Part shown: positions 57,588 to 64,000 of the stretch, in pieces
Numbering within the stretch: position 1 is the stretch's first letter
Layout of the letters: each line of letters begins with the position of its first letter
IMG/VR virus record: IMGVR_UViG_3300042914_002848
Direction: 5' to 3' (one strand)
DNA: 64,000 nt
From: a virus
Lineage: Duplodnaviria > Heunggongvirae > Uroviricota > Caudoviricetes
Notes under the pieces: model-generated
Seen by the model: only the letters and a program-made list of their open reading frames with translations
Databases searched by the model: none
Told to the model about the DNA's origin: nothing
Program-made: the position numbers and the translations under genes

Positions 57588-60389
57588 TTAATAGAATATT
57601 AGGGTTCTAAAATGTGGTGTATCGTTACTCCTCAAATAGTATAAATAATCTAATCCATCCTCACTCGTTTTTAATATCATTCTCTGAGATTGTCTTGCGG
57701 TTGAGTTACCTGCGGGCAATGTAGTTGCACCATTTTCCATAATATCTCTATCAGTATCTATGTAAACGAACTGAGCAGAAACGTTAGGTTGGATATAAAT
57801 ACGATTTTTACCATCGTAACTTATATTTGTTCCATCGGTTAAGTTAAAGTTGGTAGCGTGATGCCAAGATGGTATAAACGAATACTCATACATCATCGTT
57901 GCTATGTTGTATTTTACAAATCTCAATGTGGAGTTTGCTTCAAACATATAAATGTATTTTCCCAATGAGCTAGTAGGAGTTAAGTTACTACCACTTTCTC
58001 TACCATATATCCATTTCATATCAGCCCCCCCAGCACCTGATGTTGTTGAAGTTGTATTTCTTCTACCAGTTGGTAAAATACTATATACAGTTGTTGTATC
58101 AGGAGTTGCCGTTGTACCAGCAGCAGTATTTGTAGTACTAAATGTTATTGTATTATTGGTATTTGATGAAATTGTTGTTTCTTGCCCCACACCCGTTCCT
58201 GCTAAAAATCTAATTTGTGCACCCACCCAAAAGTTGGTAGGCCAGTTTTTAGTTGCATCAACAAGAGTAGATGCAGTACCACCTGTCGCAGTACCAAAAC
58301 CACGAGATGATGATAATTCAAATGCTATTATAACATTGTTTTGGGTTGAGGCTGCGTTTGCTGAAAGTGATGCGGTTATAAATCCTCCCGATGCGGTTTG
58401 AAATGAACGGAATTGTGATGCAGCAGTAATACCACTACCCGTTATAGGTGAACCAATGGGAACTTGTGATAATGTACCAAATTGAGATGCACTTATATAA
58501 AGGAATGGTTGTCCACTAACAGTACTACCAGTTAAGTAAAAGCTACTTGTACCAGTTGTTATACCAGTATCTAATCCATAACTTGCTCCAAATGCTTGGT
58601 CACTTAATATGTTATATCCCCATACGGCTGTATTACCTGTTAAGGTGGTAGCGGATGCTTGTGCTGTTGCCAATGTTAGAGATTGTGAGGTATTTGCTGT
58701 AATTCTTGAATAGTTAGTCGTAGGTCCGGTTGGTGAACTACTCCATACTTGCACTATATCACCTACCCACTCATTTGTTACCCAGTTTTTAGATGTATCA
58801 AATAATAGTGTAGTTGTATGTGTGTTTAACACCGCGTTTGCTGAAGGTGTACTACCCATTGCATAAGTGAATGCGGTTGGTTGTGAAGTACCCGTTAAAG
58901 TAGCTGAAAGCGGGTATGATGATGTTGCTATAAATGTTCCATTATAAATTGCTGCATCAGCACCAGTTGCACCGCTGATTGTTATTCTATCTCCCGTCTC
59001 AAATGGATGTCCTGTAATTGTGGTTACAGTGGCTACATTGCCGGTTCTTGTAATTGCTGATATAGGAATCTGAAAACTAAAGGATGAAGAATATCTAACT
59101 GAAGCAACGTTTGCTACACCTTCATCTAATCTTTGTGATGGGTAAAATGAATTGTTTAAGTTGGAGAATTGCCCAACGGTAGCAAAATTACCACCATTTA
59201 TATAAGATTTATCATCATCTACTATAATTTGGTATTGATTTGAACCGCTTGGTGCTACATCTAAATCAGCTGCAAATTGTAGAGTATTAGGTGTATTAGA
59301 TACTATTAATCTTTCAATTCCATTTGTTTTATTTACAAACCTATAATTTCTCCATTGATTAACGCTCCAGTTTTGTGTTGTGTCTACTGCTGAACGAAGT
59401 GAACCACTTGTTAAAGACCCCGTAACAAATGGTGAAGTTAATTCAGATGAAAGGGGTTCATATTGTAGGGTAGTTAAAGCTAAAAAGTTAGGCATTACAC
59501 CTGTTTGACTATGTAATGGAAACCAGTTAGAATATAATGGATCGTATCTATATGCTAAAAAGAATGCATTAGTAGATATATTTTGAACACTAACCAATGA
59601 ACCAATGATTATTTCAAATCTTGAACTCTTATCTAAATTAGTGGTCCAAGGGGTATCTACCGTAATAGTGCTTCGTTGAATAACACATCGGGTCGCAGTT
59701 CCTATTGAAATTGAGTTTGCATCATATACATGGTTATATGCCTGATTTGGGTCGGTTACATGCCACTCTGCATTAGCAAAGAATAGAGTATCATTGTTAT
59801 TATATAATACCCTTCTAACAAAGTATTGTTGCGCCGTTCCTAGATATGCTTTTACTTGATAACCTCTCCATTGATTAGGCACCCATTTTTTAGTGGTATC
59901 AGTTATTGAAGTTACACCTGTTGAGGTGTTTGTATAAGTTGCAGTCGGAGTTAAATATTCCAAGTTTTCGGGTTGAGTACAAGCAGTAATAGTTCTTTCT
60001 TGCCCTCTACCCAATCCTGCTATTACTTTTATTTTCAACCCTACCACAGCACTTTCGTTGATAAATCCACCTGTTGCGGTTGAACTACCACTTGCCCCTG
60101 CTATAAAATTACCATAGTGCCCCTGACTTAAATCCCACGAACCATTTACAGTTGATGCTGGTGAGTTGGGTAGTAAACCACCTAATGTTGTCCAAGAATC
60201 ACCATAAGTGTCATATAGGTACATTGTTGTGGCCGAAGTGTGGAATGTATATCTATTATACCTACTACCCGTTGCTGCTGCTGGGAAATTGTAAACACAT
60301 GCGGCTGCTGCGGTAGTATAAGGTGAATACCTCATCCATTCCCATACGGGTTGGTCTACCATTGTTTTTAATCGTTTTGTTAGTGCCAT
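57588..60389 (-). CDS. Large beta-rich virion/tail protein
   Basis: 933 aa; four D.T.(N/K)W..N.W repeats; propeller-like termini; ISAITRTGNVATVT..GH module. Confidence 0.6.
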   Translation of the reverse strand: MALTKRLKTMVDQPVWEWMRYSPYTTAAAACVYNFPAAATGSRYNRYTFHTSATTMYLYDTYGDSWTTLGGLLPNSPASTVNGSWDLSQGHYGNFIAGASGSSTATGGFINESAVVGLKIKVIAGLGRGQERTITACTQPENLEYLTPTATYTNTSTGVTSITDTTKKWVPNQWRGYQVKAYLGTAQQYFVRRVLYNNNDTLFFANAEWHVTDPNQAYNHVYDANSISIGTATRCVIQRSTITVDTPWTTNLDKSSRFEIIIGSLVSVQNISTNAFFLAYRYDPLYSNWFPLHSQTGVMPNFLALTTLQYEPLSSELTSPFVTGSLTSGSLRSAVDTTQNWSVNQWRNYRFVNKTNGIERLIVSNTPNTLQFAADLDVAPSGSNQYQIIVDDDKSYINGGNFATVGQFSNLNNSFYPSQRLDEGVANVASVRYSSSFSFQIPISAITRTGNVATVTTITGHPFETGDRITISGATGADAAIYNGTFIATSSYPLSATLTGTSQPTAFTYAMGSTPSANAVLNTHTTTLLFDTSKNWVTNEWVGDIVQVWSSSPTGPTTNYSRITANTSQSLTLATAQASATTLTGNTAVWGYNILSDQAFGASYGLDTGITTGTSSFYLTGSTVSGQPFLYISASQFGTLSQVPIGSPITGSGITAASQFRSFQTASGGFITASLSANAASTQNNVIIAFELSSSRGFGTATGGTASTLVDATKNWPTNFWVGAQIRFLAGTGVGQETTISSNTNNTITFSTTNTAAGTTATPDTTTVYSILPTGRRNTTSTTSGAGGADMKWIYGRESGSNLTPTSSLGKYIYMFEANSTLRFVKYNIATMMYEYSFIPSWHHATNFNLTDGTNISYDGKNRIYIQPNVSAQFVYIDTDRDIMENGATTLPAGNSTARQSQRMILKTSEDGLDYLYYLRSNDTPHFRTLIFY

Positions 60390-60392
60390 AAT

Positions 60393-60911
60393 TTAACTGA
60401 ATTCTAATTGGTTTCTTAAAGTTGCGTATGCTATTCTGGATTGTAGCACGAATACTGATTCGGGTGCTGATATAGTTGAAACTCCTGAAGGCCCATTTAT
60501 AAATGTTTCTCCACGAGTTAGTACGGTTCCTGAACTGCCCCCAATATCTACTTGTTGTCTACCAACAGAGTCTTGTCTTGATATTGGTTCTAATAATTTA
60601 ACCATTCTACCTAACAATGCCGTTTGGTCACTCAAGTATTGAAGAGTTTCTTGTGATGCGGGGGTGTATTGGTTTTCTAAAAATATCTGTAAACTATCAC
60701 TATCACTCATTAGTGATGTATTATATGTTAATGTTAATACATTATTTGTTATAGTCCCCCCATAATTAGGGTCTGCAAAATTGTAGACAATAAGATTATC
60801 CGTTACATTTGTTATTAGTAACAACTGCGGTAATGTTATCGTCTCCGATGTATTAAATGTAATTTGCTTTGCAGCTGCATTAAATGTGTAATCTTCAAAT
60901 AGTATTTTCAT
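60393..60911 (-). CDS. Hypothetical virion-region protein
   Basis: 172-aa ORF; YTFNAAAKQITF...LLLITNVTDN. Confidence 0.55.
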   Translation of the reverse strand: MKILFEDYTFNAAAKQITFNTSETITLPQLLLITNVTDNLIVYNFADPNYGGTITNNVLTLTYNTSLMSDSDSLQIFLENQYTPASQETLQYLSDQTALLGRMVKLLEPISRQDSVGRQQVDIGGSSGTVLTRGETFINGPSGVSTISAPESVFVLQSRIAYATLRNQLEFS

Positions 60912-60920
60912 AACCCCTTC

Positions 60921-61103
60921 CTATTTTTTTATAATTCTACATAATTTTGGATAATTTTCAATTTGTAGTTTTTCCATATATCTCTCAGCCTCATCATACG
61001 AAGGAAAAAGATGTATTGGGTTATTTTCCGCATCAACTAATGAAGCCCACATAGAGCTGTTACCCTCTAAAAATTGTATTTGTATTTCGTATAGTTCGTT
61101 CAT
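60921..61103 (-). CDS. Small hypothetical protein
   Basis: 60-aa ORF, 3 nt downstream of TATTTATA (61107). Confidence 0.5.
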   Translation of the reverse strand: MNELYEIQIQFLEGNSSMWASLVDAENNPIHLFPSYDEAERYMEKLQIENYPKLCRIIKK

Positions 61104-61106
61104 AGA

Positions 61107-61114
61107 TATAAATA
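61107..61114 (-). promoter_or_regulatory. Putative late promoter TATTTATA
   Basis: Exact intergenic copy. Confidence 0.55.
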
Positions 61115-61124
61115 TTAAAAAATG

Positions 61125-62900
61125 TTAAAGAACAATTGCATACGCAAGTGACAGTGCCAATGAGTTATTTTGTGCTATACTACCAATTGTAGCACTTGCA
61201 AAACCCGATTTTGGTGTTGAAAATGTTATAACTGATTGATTTGTGGATGTTCCTTGAATTGAATCCGGTATAACAACCTCATAATTATTATCATAAACAG
61301 TAATTACAGGTGTTCTGAAATCAAGATTATGATTAAATGTCCAAGTGGTTGATGCGGCCGATTGTGTAAATGTAGCAAAATTTTGTCCAGAGAAATATGA
61401 TGCTGTTAATGCAAACGATGATGTTTTTGAGTTTTCCGCCCAACTCGATGTTCCAAAAAGAGAACCAGTAAATGATGTTGCAGTTACACCCCCGTTTACT
61501 TGAAGAGTATTTGTTGGGGTTGTTGTACCTATACCTACATTACCCGATGAGGAAATGAATACTCGTGTTGTATTGTTAGTTTCTAATTGTAAATTATTGG
61601 TATCGGTTGTACCAATAGTCATAGTAGTACCTAATGTGTTACCATCGTTTAGGATTACTGCGCTTGAACTATAAAATAACCTATTAGATGAATTTGTCCA
61701 TAGGAATGTAGAACCGGGAGCAGTGGTTTGTTCTGATAATGAAAAGTTAATTCCTCTATGGTCAAACCCCGCCGAAGCTTTAAGAACATTCTCAAAAACA
61801 ACCGGTCCACCACCAGGTGCGACTTGACTCCTATAAAAATTACTTGTAAAAGAACCTGTTGTTATTATCCCCAATATCGGGTCTTGAACCGTTTTGGTAT
61901 CTACGCCAATGGCATTAAAGTTAGACCCAGTAACATTCCCATTAAATGTTGTATTTCCGTATATTGAAAATCCCTGAGGAGGAGCAGAAGTTTGTGTAAA
62001 TGTAGAACCTACATCTATTTTTACTGCTTTATATGTTGACCCTATACCTCCATATACTTCTAATAAATTGCCCCTGCTGCTAAGAGGTGTATTAGCTGTA
62101 CCTCCACCTACTACAAATAAATGGTCAGGACTATTTAATGGAAAATTAAAATGGCCTATTGTGACTTGACCTGAAGCTGAAGCAATAGTACCTATACCCA
62201 TTGCTACTGATGAATCTCCTCTTGCCCACGAACCCGACCCTGCTGCAAACGAAGCCATACCATCTGCATCGGTTTCTATACCCATACTGAATGCTGCCTG
62301 TCCACTTGCGGTTGTATTGATACCTGCGGCGTGTGAAGCAAGTCCTGAAGCAAGTGTACCAATGCCTTCTGCTATGGAAGCCGTTCCCAATGTTCTACTA
62401 CCCGAACCAAAAACGGATGAGTTTGGAGCACCAACAGCGGTTATTGAAGGATTTACACCTGATAAGATTGATACTGCTTCCAATGTTGTTGATACACTCG
62501 CATAAGGTGATGCGAGAGATGGTATCTTAATAGCAAAATCCGTAAAGGGTTCTGCGCTACTACTTGCTATTTCACAATACCAATCTTCATCCGTATTTAA
62601 ACTAAATGAACCAGTGGACATTCCACTTGCGGTGATGCTTAATATAACATCGTTTGTGTTTACTACCCAATTGGATAGTGTGTACATACCAATGTTTAGG
62701 TTTCCATCCTGTTGTAGAAAAACTAAACTATCTACAGATGATGTTCCTGCATTTACATTTTTTATAGTACATCCACCAGGAACAACAAGTTTTAAAGAAA
62801 CTGCTCCAAGTTGAACGGATGAAGTATTACTTAATATGGAAAAAGCATAATTATCAACTGTTGTATTTAGTGAGCCGGATGTGGTTAATGTTAATGCCAT
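61125..62900 (-). CDS. Tail fibre/adhesin-like protein with YadA/Hep_Hag-type head repeats
   Basis: 14-aa period ASG..S.A.G repeats (ASGLASHAAGINTT ASGQAAFSMGIETD), VGIGTTTP, W..NHNL module. Confidence 0.7.
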   Translation of the reverse strand: MALTLTTSGSLNTTVDNYAFSILSNTSSVQLGAVSLKLVVPGGCTIKNVNAGTSSVDSLVFLQQDGNLNIGMYTLSNWVVNTNDVILSITASGMSTGSFSLNTDEDWYCEIASSSAEPFTDFAIKIPSLASPYASVSTTLEAVSILSGVNPSITAVGAPNSSVFGSGSRTLGTASIAEGIGTLASGLASHAAGINTTASGQAAFSMGIETDADGMASFAAGSGSWARGDSSVAMGIGTIASASGQVTIGHFNFPLNSPDHLFVVGGGTANTPLSSRGNLLEVYGGIGSTYKAVKIDVGSTFTQTSAPPQGFSIYGNTTFNGNVTGSNFNAIGVDTKTVQDPILGIITTGSFTSNFYRSQVAPGGGPVVFENVLKASAGFDHRGINFSLSEQTTAPGSTFLWTNSSNRLFYSSSAVILNDGNTLGTTMTIGTTDTNNLQLETNNTTRVFISSSGNVGIGTTTPTNTLQVNGGVTATSFTGSLFGTSSWAENSKTSSFALTASYFSGQNFATFTQSAASTTWTFNHNLDFRTPVITVYDNNYEVVIPDSIQGTSTNQSVITFSTPKSGFASATIGSIAQNNSLALSLAYAIVL

Positions 62901-62934
62901 ATTTTATTTCTCGTTCTTTTTGTATAGGGGTGGT

Positions 62935-64000
62935 TTATAATGTAGATGGTGTATAAGAACCGTTGACATCCCCATAAGCAAGAGCTTTTAGGTTTTTATT
63001 AATAGGTGTGCCATTCCACACAACAGATTGTGTTTCATATACCCAGTTCCCCACATTAAATGAAGATATTCCACCGCTAAAACGACGGTTGGCTGTCAAA
63101 GCATCCAAAGAATTGATGGTGTTGGAGCCGTTTACATCAGCTGCTTTAAGTCGGAGCCCCGTCAAAGGAGTCGCACCGGTGAAGTGTCTCGTAATAGCCA
63201 ATGCATCCGACCCATTCACACCACCCCATGGTTTGGTGGTGCGACCAACCAAATAGTATTCTCCAATCGGTAGTGGAACTGGGTTCATACCGGGGGTGAC
63301 CAAAACATTCTGAACATCCATTGTATAATTACCAGCACTATTGGTTTGTACGCTTATAAGCGGAATAGTACTACCAGTTGGATAAAGGCGAACTTCACTA
63401 AAAGTCATTGGTGTTCCTGCAGTATTATCATATTTAAAACTGCCGCTAATTATGTATGTTGATGTAGATAGAACCTCTATAGTACCTGATACTGTACACC
63501 CATCTGTATTTGAAATTGTGTATGTGTATGTTTGTGCGTTTGCGTTAGCATCGATAGTACCACCAATTGTTATTGTATGTGGTGAGGTTGGGGCAACTGA
63601 ATAAGTAATCCCTGCAGGTAACCCAGACACAGTTATTATCGGGTCATCGTTATTATAAACTATATTTGTGATAGGGGATGATTGTAATACTGATTGGTTA
63701 TCATATCCTGATGATAGGAATAGTCTGGTATTGCATGGTGGTGGTGGTGCGGTCCCTTCTAAGCTAGATGAAAAATAATAAATTTGACCTGTAGCTTCAT
63801 CATATGTTAAAACATGATTTCTATAGCTTTGAGATAAATACTGAAATTTTACATCAGCGAATAGAAATGAATTGTTATAATTAGGATTGGGTGTAACACT
63901 AAAACTACCCGTTATTTGAACTTGAGGAGCGATACCTGCCATAGCACCACCATAGGCTACTAATGTGTTACTTCGATTGCCAGGATCAGAACCATTACCA
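62935..64000 (-). CDS. Virion protein with Ig-like, Cna-B-like and dockerin-like domains, partial (starts beyond right end)
   Basis: Frame stays open upstream of 63942 (GNGSDPGNRSNTLVAYGGA). Contains ITVSGLPAGITY, QTNSAGNYT, GGVNGSDAL, AADVNGSNTINSLDAL and GDVNGSY. Confidence 0.7.
   Translation of the reverse strand, partial: GNGSDPGNRSNTLVAYGGAMAGIAPQVQITGSFSVTPNPNYNNSFLFADVKFQYLSQSYRNHVLTYDEATGQIYYFSSSLEGTAPPPPCNTRLFLSSGYDNQSVLQSSPITNIVYNNDDPIITVSGLPAGITYSVAPTSPHTITIGGTIDANANAQTYTYTISNTDGCTVSGTIEVLSTSTYIISGSFKYDNTAGTPMTFSEVRLYPTGSTIPLISVQTNSAGNYTMDVQNVLVTPGMNPVPLPIGEYYLVGRTTKPWGGVNGSDALAITRHFTGATPLTGLRLKAADVNGSNTINSLDALTANRRFSGGISSFNVGNWVYETQSVVWNGTPINKNLKALAYGDVNGSYTPSTL

Noticed and set aside
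55692-63942. Diversity-generating retroelement acting on tail fibres
   Set aside because: No reverse transcriptase and no near-identical template/variable repeat pair with A-specific mismatches seen; repeats are diverged protein modules.
1-64000. Stop-codon reassignment (as in some Bacteroidetes jumbo phages)
   Set aside because: Core genes are full length in the standard code, and TAG, TAA and TGA all act as stops (e.g. TAG at 18131 and 34381, TGA at 26190).
1-64000. tRNA, rRNA, introns or inteins
   Set aside because: No cloverleaf/T-loop signature noticed in the short intergenic gaps; nrdA, terminase, helicase and UvsX have normal lengths without intein motifs. A tRNAscan run would be decisive.

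Overview
A 64-kb segment of a large, AT-rich, T4-like (myovirus) jumbo-phage genome. Essentially all real genes are on the minus strand, and every + strand ORF in the track looks like an antisense shadow. Read in transcription direction (right to left) it contains: (1) tail-fibre/adhesin genes (Ig-, dockerin- and YadA-like modules) and a SET-domain gene; (2) a set of probable capsid-packaged proteins, including an HxGH nucleotidyltransferase-ligase fusion; (3) the packaging/head module (terminase, portal, prohead protease, modular 'xNE'-punctuated proteins, ribosomal protein bS21, scaffold, major capsid) and PhoH; (4) neck, sheath, tube, tail chaperone, tape measure and baseplate genes; (5) a replication block (minimal PolA, gp32 SSB, UvsX, RNase H, gp41 helicase) and RNR/thioredoxin; (6) a tightly coupled putative nucleotide-hypermodification operon (MazG-like NTPase, truncated Mom-like remnant, amino-methyltransferase, dCMP-type thymidylate-synthase homolog, asparagine-synthetase-like amidotransferase, PLP enzyme), followed by a divergent GHKL-ATPase-like gene that runs off the left end. 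Six Bacteroidetes-type promoters (TTTG-N19/20-TAnnTTTG) point to a Bacteroidetes host. About 20 copies of a TATTTAT(A) motif mark late transcription units. Many late genes carry Shine-Dalgarno motifs, unusual for this host phylum, while the phage bS21 gene has none. All family assignments come from motif recognition by eye; no searches were run.
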